This document shows, piece by piece, positions 12,490 through 23,540 of a DNA stretch of 43,585 nt. This stretch comes from Chiloscyllium plagiosum (taxonomy: Eukaryota). The position numbers and the translations under genes are program-made. The notes beneath the pieces were generated by a model. That model searched no databases. It had not been told where the DNA came from and saw only the letters and a program-made list of their open reading frames with translations. Position 1 is the first letter of the stretch. Each line of letters begins with the position of its first letter. The stretch is taken from the NCBI RefSeq assembly GCF_004010195.1, contig NC_057746.1:30220045-30263629 (forward strand). Reading direction: 5' to 3'.

Positions 12490-12700
12490 TTTAGAGGAGT
12501 CGGTGTTGGACTGGGGTGGACAAAGTTAAAAATCACACAACACCAGGCTTCCAACAGGTTTATTTGGAAGCACTAGCTTTCGGAGCGCTGCCCCTTCATC
12601 AGGATGATGAAGAACCATCTGATCAAGGAGCAGCGTTCCGAAAGCTAGTGCTTCCAAATAAACCTGTTGGACTATAACCTGGTGTTGTGTGATTTTTAAC
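12490..12700. mobile_element. Penelope-derived inverted element (second family) with hammerhead-like cores
   Basis: GTTAAAAATCACACAACACCAGG..AACAGGTTTATTTGGAAGCACTAGCTTTCGGA arm and its reverse complement. Confidence 0.75.
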
Positions 12701-12984
12701 AGATATAAGAGAGTAGATAACTTAGAAACAGTTTGATTATTGGGACAATGATTGGTATTGTCAGAGAGGAATACCGAGTAAAACTATTTTCCTTGGAAGG
12801 TTTTTATTCTATGTAGAGCAATTAAAAATTTCAATTTGTAACTAACCTCAGGAGAATTAACAAGAATATGGCACAGAGCAGGTCTGGATTTATTAATTTA
12901 CGAGGACAATATTTGTAATAGCAGGTGAGAGAGTTGTGGGTCATTTTAAACTTATAGATTAACTATTTTATGTAACTCCCCTTC

Positions 12985-14450
12985 ACTGCCAGGACAGGTT
13001 ACCTGAAGGGGCTGGGAATATGGTTCAGAGACACTGGGGCATATCACCAAACTGAGGCAGAAACTGAGGCTTTGGGAACTCCTGCTCCCTCTCCATTGAA
13101 GGTAAAAGCCGGCCCATCAGGTGGGACACACTCTCTCTGTTGTTGCATGTGGTACAGGTCTTTCTCATTCCCAAAACTGCACTGTTTCAGTCACCCGAGC
13201 CATCGTCCACTTCATTTGGAGCTCTAAGATTCCTGCAGGGCACCATGTACAACACTCTGGATTTATGGGGAAGAATCTACCCAACATCACCTTCATCCTG
13301 ATGGTCCCTTTGTGTGCGGCTGCATCAGGCTGTGTGTAAACGCTCAGTACACAAACACCAAGTGTCAGTCTGTACTGAGGGTCAGTACAGACTGTCCCCG
13401 GGCTTGTGAAGGATGGGCCTGGCCTTGCTGCTGCGGAACTCCCCAAATAGTTGGACCGTTCCGTATCACCGTCCCTGATGGACACATTTATGAAGGAAAA
13501 CACCTTTGACCACATGTCCACCAGGAAATGGTCAGCACGTGGTGTCCTTGAGACCCTGCGGGAAAAGGAGAGGGCTGATCCTGTCGCATGGTTCCCTGGG
13601 CAGACTGTCAAAGCCATTTGGCAGAACATCTCATCACCAGACCGTTCCAACAAGCATTCCTGAAGAAGGGCTTATGCCTGAAACGTCGATTCTCCTGTTA
13701 CCTGGATGCTGCCTGACCTGCTGCGCTTTTCCAGCAACACATTTTCAGCTCGTTCCAACAAGCACCAGGACATGGCTCGGCTGGTGGTGAGAAGGGCACT
13801 GCCTATGAGATCCTTCATGTACACACGCCAGTCTGTGCCATCGCACACTGCCCTCGAAGTGGCTGCAAGGGGGTAGAGACTGTCACACATCTTTGTAAAG
13901 GAAGTCTGAAGGAAGGTGCAGTGGTTTGTGTCCAGGTTTGTCCTGAGCAGCTCCGTGACGCGGGACCCTCTGCTCTACGGTCTGTTCCCCGGGACACACA
14001 CCGAGACAAACATCAACTGCACCTGGAGGGCCATCAACTCGGTGAAAGATGCTCTTTGATCTGACGGAAACCTGCTGGTCTTCCAGAGCAAGGAGCTGGC
14101 CCTGACCGAGTGTTACAGACTGGCACAGTCCAAGGTGCAGGACTACGGGCTGAGGGACACACTCAGGCCTGGGGCAGTTGCTGCCAAGGCCCATTGGGGA
14201 AAGACCACTGTCTGAGGGCTCTCTGCTGAAGGGAAATGACAGGGCACTCAGTTATTGGACCCTCATGGTGTCTCAAATGCATTTAAATATTGTCTGGTTC
14301 AAGTAAGAGATGACTCTGGTTTGTTTGGATAGAGTCAAACTCCAATGTTTGTTTGTTCCCTTGACCTGCTGCTGTCCAGAACCAAACTGTGTTGGTGATT
14401 ATGTATATAAATATAAGGATTTCTTTCAATGAATAAAGTATATTTCTGAA
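12985..14450 (+). mobile_element. Tx1-like (L1 clade) non-LTR retrotransposon, 3' part, decayed
   Basis: WSARGVLETLREKE..WFPGQTVKAIWQNISSP..NKH and C-terminal zinc-knuckle region; ends AATGAATAAAGTATATTT. Confidence 0.8.
13657..13750 (+). mobile_element. Penelope-derived short insert with a 14-bp target-site duplication
   Basis: CGTTCCAACAAGCA at 13643-13656 and 13751-13764 flanks TTCCTGAAGAAGGGCTTATGCCTGAAACGTCG... Confidence 0.8.
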
Positions 14451-14576
14451 ATTTACAGAAAATTCTGCCTACGATGTGTAATCAATCTGCCCGACCACCT
14501 TCAATGTTTGGTGTACACAGAGACACAAGCCCCTCAGCACATACAGCCCCGTTGGAATTGTACGTTTTATTTTATA

Positions 14577-15076
14577 NNNNNNNNNNNNNNNNNNNNNNNN
14601 NNNNNNNNNNNNNNNNNNNNNNNNNNNNNNNNNNNNNNNNNNNNNNNNNNNNNNNNNNNNNNNNNNNNNNNNNNNNNNNNNNNNNNNNNNNNNNNNNNNN
14701 NNNNNNNNNNNNNNNNNNNNNNNNNNNNNNNNNNNNNNNNNNNNNNNNNNNNNNNNNNNNNNNNNNNNNNNNNNNNNNNNNNNNNNNNNNNNNNNNNNNN
14801 NNNNNNNNNNNNNNNNNNNNNNNNNNNNNNNNNNNNNNNNNNNNNNNNNNNNNNNNNNNNNNNNNNNNNNNNNNNNNNNNNNNNNNNNNNNNNNNNNNNN
14901 NNNNNNNNNNNNNNNNNNNNNNNNNNNNNNNNNNNNNNNNNNNNNNNNNNNNNNNNNNNNNNNNNNNNNNNNNNNNNNNNNNNNNNNNNNNNNNNNNNNN
15001 NNNNNNNNNNNNNNNNNNNNNNNNNNNNNNNNNNNNNNNNNNNNNNNNNNNNNNNNNNNNNNNNNNNNNNNNNNNN
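14577..15076. other. Assembly gap (500 N)
   Basis: Run of N. Confidence 1.
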
Positions 15077-15119
15077 GCATCCTTGCAGGAGGATTCGCAG
15101 TCGAGTTAAAATCAACTAG

Positions 15120-15365
15120 GTAAATGCAAGGACTGCAGATGCTGGAAACTAGAGTTTAGATTAGAGTGGTGCTGGAAAAGCACAGCAGGTCAGGCAGCAT
15201 CCGAGGACCAGGAAAATCGACAGCTCGGGCGTTTAACTCTTCTGCGAATCCTCTTTTACCTGCTCGATTTTCCTGCTCCTTCGATGCTGCCTGACCTGCT
15301 GTGCTTTTCCAGCACCACTCTAATCTAGACTCTGGCTTCCAGCATCTGCATTCCTTGTTTTCACC
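15120..15365. mobile_element. Penelope-derived inverted (hairpin) repeat
   Basis: TGCAGATGCTGGAA..TAGATTAGAGTGGTGCTGGAAAAGCACAGCAGGTCAGGCAGCATC..GGAAAATCGA and its reverse complement. Confidence 0.8.
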
Positions 15366-16109
15366 CAAGGATTAATTCAGCTCGGCCAGCTGTATTTGTA
15401 CAGGAAATCAGCATTTAACATTATTAACTCCGAATAATTCACAAAGACAGCCCTGATAAGGGCATTACAATTGTAGTCCTGTATATGGACTTTCATAAGT
15501 TTTGGGAATAGCTCAAAGTTCACTTTGACCGAGTATTGCTTCTCCAGCAACCCAACACAGATATTAGAGGGAATTCAAAGTGTCTCAAATGTTGTTCGGT
15601 TTCTAAAACTGAGGCAAATTTTGCACTTGGCATTTAAATTAACTTTGTCCTTAATTGATAGGTTCCTTCCCAATCAGAGGTACATGAGCACGAGGCAGCC
15701 GCACAGTGATGAGGGGACTCGTTAGGCCTGATAAGCGGGAGCTGATTCATGGCTCTGAAACTCTAGTTACATTAAACACAGGAGACTCCTATTAGTGCAC
15801 AAAGTTGGTTGAACATAGCTTCAGGGAACTTCACTTCGAAGATTTGTCACAGTGATGTACAACGCACCATTCGGATATTTGAAACTAAAACAAGGAGTGG
15901 CCTGAGACAGCCACCAAATAACAGTACGACCCAAGAGCTGAGGTCTGGAGGCATTAATGTCGCCAGCTGGTTGGTGATTGGTTAGAAGTTCTTTTTCCTC
16001 TAAAATTAGAGCAGTCATTTAAATTATGGCCATTGTAACTGAAGCACTGCATTACATTTATAGTTTGTTAAATTTATATCATTCAGTTAATGAAATACAT
16101 GATGAAGAT

Positions 16110-16900
16110 GATGGAGACAGCAAAATGGCTGTGGTGCAGCTGTAACAAGCACCAGGGTGATCCACAGCAACCACATCTGCAGGAAGGGCCTACAGCTCAA
16201 GGAACATAGCCTCAGAGGTGATGAGCTGAAGGTGAAACTTTGAACTCTGCAATGGATCAGGGAGGAACTTTGACACTGTCCCAGGAAGCAGCCATATCTC
16301 ATTAGTCAGATACTTCAGATCTGGTGCATGGTGAGGGACAGAATGATGAAAGGGTGGGAAATGAGGTAGTTTTATCATCCCAAAGGTAACAGAGGAGGAG
16401 GAGCCTCAGCCCATGCGCCTGTCCAACAGCTTTGGAGGTTGTTGCAGGGGCTTCAGGAAGGGTGAGGAAACTGATGACAACACCCAGGATGACAGTACCA
16501 TCCAGTGGGGGCAGAGTGAGATACGATTAATTCATGATCGCATTTCAAAGGATTCTCTAGCTAAGAGTGATCATATCATGACAGAATTCCTTACTTAGAT
16601 TGTGAGTGAAAAACTAGAGTCTTATATGTAAAGGCATTTACAAAGGAATGAAGAGAGAATGGGCTGAAGCAGACCTTCTGCAGCAAATTAAGGTAATTAT
16701 GGGCAATATCAAATTGAACCTAAAAACATAAAATGCTCCAAAGATTCACAGAAAGACTGAAGGTCAAGAACATTTTAGAAATCAGCAAAGAATAACTATA
16801 AAAAAAAGGAAAAGTTTGAGTCCAAGAGAAATACAAAAACAGAGAGTAAGAACTTCTATAAATTTACACTGTAAGGCAGCACTTCTAACTGTCAACATAG
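16110..16900 (+). mobile_element. Old degraded CR1 fragments
   Basis: CR1 ORF1-like wording (ACATCTGCAGGAAG, GATGAGCTG, GATCAGGGAGG) and AGTGATCATA. Confidence 0.5.
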
Positions 16901-17472
16901 CCTGGTGTTCATGCCCTTCAAACTACAGAGGAAGGAAGTTTTTCCATATTGGAACACAGGCTTGGCCAGTCATGACTGTCCTTGAGTATCCATCTTGGGG
17001 ATCAAGGGATAGGAATGTGGGAAACATCTTCCCATCCCATATTAAAAGGGAAGAGTGGGAGGCAGAAAGTATTCTGGTGATTTGGCCAATTCACCCATTT
17101 TGCTGAAGCCATTTTCTGAGCATTCCTCTAATGAGGAATGTCAAAATTCCACGATATTTTATGTAAACTCTGTGTAGATCTTTTTTGCACTTCATGTATT
17201 TACTTATAGATAATTTACAAATGAAACGTACTTTTGAAATTAAAAAAGTAAAAAAAAATTGTCTATCTCAACTTTTACCGTATCAGCTTCATGAAGGTAC
17301 ACCTTTCCCTGTTAGAGGAATACCTACAGATTTTTTTTCTGTGCATTATGAAATGCACAATGTGCAAGTATTTTTAACTGGATAAATAACATGTTTCATA
17401 AAAAAGCACTTGGATTTTGACTGAAATATCAATTTGATTTGATACTCATTTGTCGTTAATGTGTTTACTCAC

Positions 17473-17820
17473 CTCCAACTTTCAGCTCAATTGTAGTTTC
17501 TTCAAAATTTGCCTTATCATCAACGGTACACAGGTATTTCCCCTCATCAGACACCCTCGTGTTCTTTATTCGAAGAGAAACATTGCCTTTGGATACTTCA
17601 TCTTGAAACAGTTCAGTCCTTTTCCTGTATGCCTGATGTTGAGCAGCGGTGTCGTCTTGACCGTTTCTGTATGCGTGAACTGGTAACCGAATGTCTGATT
17701 TAAACCAGCGCACCACCATGTTGTTGACAAATACCTGCGGCACAAGGTAACACTCCAGGACAGCATCTTCCCCCACAATGGCTACCACAGGATGGCTTGG
17801 GCCACTCACTCGGAATTCAC
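17473..17820 (-). CDS. Butyrophilin/MOG-like IgV-domain exon (B7 family)
   Basis: 348-nt phase 1-1 exon between ctgcag (17826-17821) and GTGAGT (17472-17467). Encodes EFRVSGPSHPVVAIVGEDAVLEC..VRWFK..VHAYRNGQD..YRKRTELFQDEVSKGNVSLRIKNTRVSDEGKYLCTV..ELKVG with both Cys, the Trp and DxGxYxC. Confidence 0.95.
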
Positions 17821-18864
17821 CTGCAGAGTTAATGTCTCATTAAACTGCTCCAAATTTCAAACATATCCGTAATTAAACTTCAAAATCACTGTGTTATTAG
17901 AGACTACAATTTTAATCAAACAGCTATAAGCAACACCTTTAATTTATTTTCCTATGTAAATGTATTTATGATCCCATGTATCTACATTTATTATCCCTAG
18001 ATAGCTGTACTCATTTTCCTTTGTACCTGTACTTACTGCACTATGGACCGTATTTATTGCACTATATAGCCGTTGAGCAAAAAGATTTATTTTTCAAAAT
18101 CATTGTTTTTATTACCATAGAGATCAACAAACCAGAATTTACTGAAATATCCCAGTGATAAATAAGACAAGATTTCACTTAATCATCTTGAATGTAACCA
18201 AAACAAGCAGAAATGACACAAATTAACAAGTAATTTGTTGCTAATTAAACTATAAATCACATATTATGTAGCTGATACAACAAAGATCAAGCTCACAAAT
18301 TGGCAATTTCCTCAGTATAAATGGTACAAATCTCAGCTACAAAGTCCTTCAAAGCCCAAGATCTCCTCAGGTAGAATTCCAGTTCCTTCTTTAGGGAATT
18401 ACCCACCGACCTTCATCTGGCAACGGATGCCAACCAGAGTTCCCTGGGCACAGATATGACAAGAACTGTGTATTCTGGATCTCCCTCTCTAACAGCATTG
18501 TGGGTTTACTGACAGCACGTTGACTGCACAAGTTCAAGAAGCTAGTTCACCACCACCACCTCCTGAAGGGCATCTAGAGGAGAGTAGTACACACTGGCTC
18601 AGCCAGCAATGACCATGTCCCCTGCCTAAATAAAGGAAACGGCCTGTCTCAGTCTGAGACTGTGTCACCTGGTTCTAGACCCCTAGCAGGAGAAACATTC
18701 CTTCATCCTTCCTTGTCAATCCCTCCTGGAATTTTTCATGTCTGAATGAGGTCACTACAGAAAGTACAGGTCCCTGATCTTTCCTCATTGGACATTCCCT
18801 CCATCTCAGGAATGTGTTTGGTGAAACTTTGTTTCACTCCTTCTGTGCAAGTATCCTCCCTCAG

Positions 18865-18960
18865 AATCATAGAATCCCTACAGTGTGGAAACAAACCCTT
18901 AGGCCCAACAAGTAAACACCAACGCTCCAAAGAGTAACCTACCCAGACCCATTCCCATCT
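18865..18960 (-). mobile_element. HE1/CR1 tail fragment
   Basis: ATCATAGAATCCCTACAGTGTGGAAAC..GGCCCAACAAG. Confidence 0.7.
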
Positions 18961-19899
18961 CTATGATTCTATATACTTCAGTAAGGAGACTAGAGCTGGC
19001 CATGTGGACCCAGTCAGAAACCTGATCAAATTCCTGCCAATGTCCACTTTCGACCAAGCCAGCGATGAATATAGAACTTTTCCTCTATCTCTGCTACCAC
19101 TTCCAGTCAGAAAGTCTGCCAACTGAACCAAGTCCACTTCACACAGCCTTTCCCCACTCCAACATCACACAGACTACACTGTAACACAATGAACAGAGTA
19201 AATAATGTCCAGTTTAATAAATTTGCGATGGGTCTAGTTTTCTTTAATTCATATGTTTCTCTTTACATCTGAGTATATCTGAGGCTGTTGCTCAGTAATG
19301 TATTACCAGTCAATCCCTTCTGAAAGTAAACGAGAATTGAATGTTGCAGCTGATGTGGAGAAAAACAAATATTTCCAGCAACAGCAGAACCAATCACTGA
19401 GTCACAGAATCCTTCAGCACAGAAGGTAGCCATTCAGTCCATCGTGCCTACACTGTATTACCCAGTGTCAATCTCCTGCCTTTTGCCCATATTTTTCAAA
19501 ACTATTTTCATCCAAATAATCATCCAATGCCCTCTGGAATGTCTCAACTGAACATTCCACCACCCCACTTCCAGGCAGTATATTCCGTAGTCTAACCAGT
19601 TGCTGCGTGAAGATGTTTCTTACATCAGTTTTATCTAATTAACTAATGTGCCATTTCTAAACTGCTATTTCTTAAACAAACTTAACCAGCAGAAAGTTCC
19701 TTACAGATTATTGATTGCCTACATTAAATAATTGTGGTCATGAACCCCAAAACCTAGTATCGTTCGATGCTTTCACAAACATTTTATGGTCAAACCATAT
19801 TTTTGGAAATTGCACTGTATTGTGTGTGTCATTCCCTAAATTCATAAAACCATCTTAATATTTTGGGAAGGGGCTTGAACAGCTTTTAACTATTTATGA

Positions 19900-20370
19900 C
19901 GAACATAAGAACTAGGAGCAGGATAGGTTAACCGGCCCATTGAGCCTGCTCTGCCATTCAATACGATCATCGCTGATCATACTATGGACTCAGCTCCACT
20001 TCACTGCCTGCTCACCCTAACCTGATTTCTTTACTGTTCAAAAATTTATCTTTGCCTTAAAAACAATGAAGTAGCTTCAATTGCTTCACTGGGCAGGGCA
20101 TTCCACAGATTCAGAACCCTTTGGGTGTAGAAGTTCCTCCTCAGCTCAGGCCTACATCTGCTCCCCCTTATTTTGAGGCTATGCCCCCTCATTCTAGTTT
20201 CACCTGCCAGTGGAAACAACCTCCTTGCTTCTATCTTATCTGACCCCTGCATAATGTTTTTATAAGATTTCCCCCTCATTCTACAGAATTCCAATGAGTA
20301 TAGTCCCACTCGCCTCAATCTCTTCTCACAAACCAACCCCCTCAACTCCAGAATCCACCAAGTGAACTCT
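19900..20370 (-). mobile_element. CR1 LINE 3' end
   Basis: GLYSLEF..RGHSLKIRG..FYTQRVLNLWNALP. Confidence 0.9.
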
Positions 20371-21431
20371 CTCCTGTGTCAGGAGATGCTGAGGAGCTGG
20401 GAAAAAGGCAATAATTTCTGAGGATGAGAGCACTGTCAGGGACAAATATCACCAAGACCATGATAGCGCTATTCATCACTGAGTGCCAGGGCAGACAGAT
20501 CCTCGTTAATACTCATTTCTAATAGGTTTGTGTTGGGTGAAGATATCACTCAGTTTTGTTGATGTCTGTTGCTGCAAAGACAAACAGCCTGGGTGTTTCC
20601 TGATAAAAAAAAGTGTTTTGATTTGGTCTGTCTTTGCCCATCCTAATCTTCACCAAAAGATTCCTTCCCCATTGGTTTGAACATTTCACATCATCTGCTG
20701 TTCCCACCTTCAGGAATGGAGATTTTGCGTGTTCTGATGACAACTGGGAAGACAGTCACAGTCCATTCCGAGAGCATCGTGACATTTAATGGTGTGAACA
20801 GAGGTTGGCTTGAGGCTTCATTCATGATCCTGTGTCCGAGAGCTGCACACTCAGTTCTCTTAGAGTCAGGATCATAGCTGAACTGGTGTTACTTCCCCTT
20901 CCTGTCTTCCCCTGACCTTGGCTCACCTGTCAGTAAAATATATATCCAACTCAGCCATGGACATCATTAAATGTTCAGCTTCCACCACCTTCTGGGGAAG
21001 GAAATTCCACACTCTAAATGATCCTTGAGAAACAACATTCCCATCACCTTCTTAAAGGGAAGATTCCTTAATCTTAAACAATGTCCCTAGTTCCAGTCTC
21101 TCACACACAAGGGAAGACATCAACGAGGGATCCGCTCTATTCAATCGCTTCAAGAACTTTAATGTTTCACAGTCATTGCTGTCATCTGTTATGAATTCAT
21201 TTTAAGGAAAAGCCAAACTCTCTATTTGTTAAAATTGTGAAAGATTTTAAAGATATTATTTCCTCTGAACCAGCCTTTGAACCTATTCTCTGTAATGATT
21301 CCAAAGCAAAATCATTGACCAAAGTGTCAGTTAAGGTCCGAAATGTTCATTTACTAATACACAGTTCCAACTTCACACCAGGATTGTGTGTTGTATCTAA
21401 TCAATACTGATTAATTGTTAATGTTCCTTAC

Positions 21432-21489
21432 CATAGGCAGTGCATGGAATCCCAATCAGTAAAAGCAGAATGAGGTGAACTCCTTCCAT
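21432..21489 (-). CDS. Signal-peptide exon of the butyrophilin-like gene (whole exon 21519-21432)
   Basis: ttttgtttgtgtgtcag acceptor, 30-nt UTR, aagATGG Kozak context, MEGVHLILLLLIGIPCTAY+G, phase-1 donor GTAAGG. Joins in frame to the IgV exon (..AYG-EFRV). Confidence 0.9.
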
Positions 21490-21948
21490 CTTTGTGAGGT
21501 CTGTGCAGATTAACCTGGCCTGACACACAAACAAAATATAGCTGTCATTAGGGTCCTTCAATGTTTGCTTCAGAGTGTAAACATTTCATTGTTCAATACC
21601 CACTGTGTCAGAAACTCTATGAACACATTCTCCTGTCCAGGTTAACACAATTCTTTCACATTGACCTTTTTCATTTCATCAAAAACATGTGTCCTTTCAG
21701 CCAAAAAATATCTGAGAGCAGCAATGAGACATGGAAAGGCTTTCAGCACCATCTAAAAGGAGCAGGCAGCAGTGGAGAGGGATTAATGGGTTGAGAGAGT
21801 AGGAGAGATTTGGAGTTTAGGACCCAGGAAGCTGGACTCACTGCTGTCGATGGTGGGGACAGAAAACCCGAAATGGGAAAGCGGAGAATAGACTCAGCAC
21901 AAGTAAAACTCTTCAATTAAAGTTTGTTTCAGCAAAGGTGGCATCATA

Positions 21949-22527
21949 ACTATCTCCGGGATTGAATTATTTCTCACTAAATATAAACCCCAGTGGGTCA
22001 TATTCTGTCTCCTGGCCCTCACTATGTTCCTCCTTTTTACTTCCGTCTCCCTTTCCAGTCTCTGTGTCTGACTCTGAGACTTTAATGTTGCAGATTGCCT
22101 CTCCCTCCTGTTCCCTTATACTGACAGGAGCCAGCTCCAGGCTCTGTTCAGCTGATCAGAGACATTGGAGAAAGTTCTCACCTTTTCCCTGGACAATCCC
22201 CAGCGGCTTCCCGTTCAACTCCTTGGATTTGATTGGGATCTTTCAGCGGGAATAATATCCACCCGATCCCACTGGGAATGACTCCTTCCTGAAATTAAAG
22301 AGGATTTGGGACTCACCTCTTACTTTCCCACAATCTGACCGAACATTTTCCGCCTTTTCCCGACAGATGTGTAAAAAGTAAAGACGTTCACAACAGCAGC
22401 CCCTCCCTGAAAAACATTACTTTCGTTTTTGACTGAATTCACTCTTTGGGTTTTGCTCCGTCCTTCGGCCAAATGTGTAACTGCAGGGAAATTGCTCCTT
22501 AAACAATAATCCACAGAAAATTAATAA
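21949..22527 (-). promoter_or_regulatory. Promoter/non-coding exon-1 module, copy B (likely promoter of the BTN-like gene)
   Basis: Donor GAG|GTGAGT at 22317, 797 nt from the signal-exon acceptor. ISRE-like ACTTTCGTTTT 22419-22429, CCCCTCCC GC-box, kB-like GGGAAATTGC 22486-22495, local CpG enrichment. Confidence 0.7.
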
Positions 22528-22984
22528 TGGTCACCTCAATAAATGTCTTTAGTTGATGAAGTCTGTGTGTATATATTTCACGGCGGGACCAGAATTATTT
22601 TCCAGGCTACACTTTGAACTCCAGCCTCTGAGTGGTCTGTATTGAGGCAGAGTTTGAGAACCACCTGTCACTCCACAGCATTGAACCTCAGTCACTAAAC
22701 CTGTAAGAGAAATTCACATCCTCACAATACTCTGTGTGAAGGGGTTTCTCTCACTTGGCTCTAAATCTCTTGTCTTTATTCTGACAGCACTTGATTCCCT
22801 GGCCATTGGAAACACTTTGCTGCCTCTCCATAAACTGCATTAAAAAATGAGCAACATTAGAAAATTAGTGAAACAACTGCACAGAGGCTGGGTCCCATCA
22901 CCAAGTCACCCTTCACCTACTAGTGCACAGTACACTGGCTGCAGCCAATCAGCACAGAGTCAGTACTGAACTGAGGGTGTTTTT

Positions 22985-23540
22985 AGAACATAGAACAGTA
23001 CAGCACAGCACAGCACAGGCCCTTCAACCTTTGATGTGCCAACCTTTTAATCCTACTCTCAGATCAAACTAACCAACATAGCCTCCATTTTACTATCATC
23101 CATATGCCTATCCAAGGGTCATTTTAATGCCCCTAATATGTCTGACCCAACCACCACCATTGGCAATGCATTCCATGCACCCATCACTCTGTTAAGAACA
23201 AACATTTGACATCTCCCCTAAACCTTCCTCCAATCACCTTAAAATTATGACCCCTTGTGATCGCTGTTTCTGCTCAGGGCAAAGTCTCTGACTATTCACT
23301 CCACCTGTACCTTTCATCACCTTGTACACTTCTATCAAGTCACTGCTCACCCTTCTTCACTTCAGTGAGAAAAGCCTTAGCTCCCTCAACCTTTCTTCAT
23401 AAGACATGCCTTTCAGTTCAGGAAGCATCCTAGTAAATATCCTCTGCACCCTACCTAAAGCTTCCACATCCTTCCGATAATGAGGTGACCCGAACTGAAC
23501 GCAATATCAAAGTGTGATCTAACCAGGGCTCTATACAACT
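22985..23540 (-). mobile_element. CR1 LINE 3' end
   Basis: AGAACATAGAACAGTACAGCACAG tail and typical CR1 3' body. Confidence 0.85.

Noticed and set aside
15700-15900. Two CACAGTG heptamers
   Set aside because: No matching nonamers or V/J segments
20714-20877. MEILRVLMTTGKTVTV (ubiquitin-like start) and minus-strand VQLSDTGS (Ig-like)
   Set aside because: Similarity is limited to a few residues with no domain continuation
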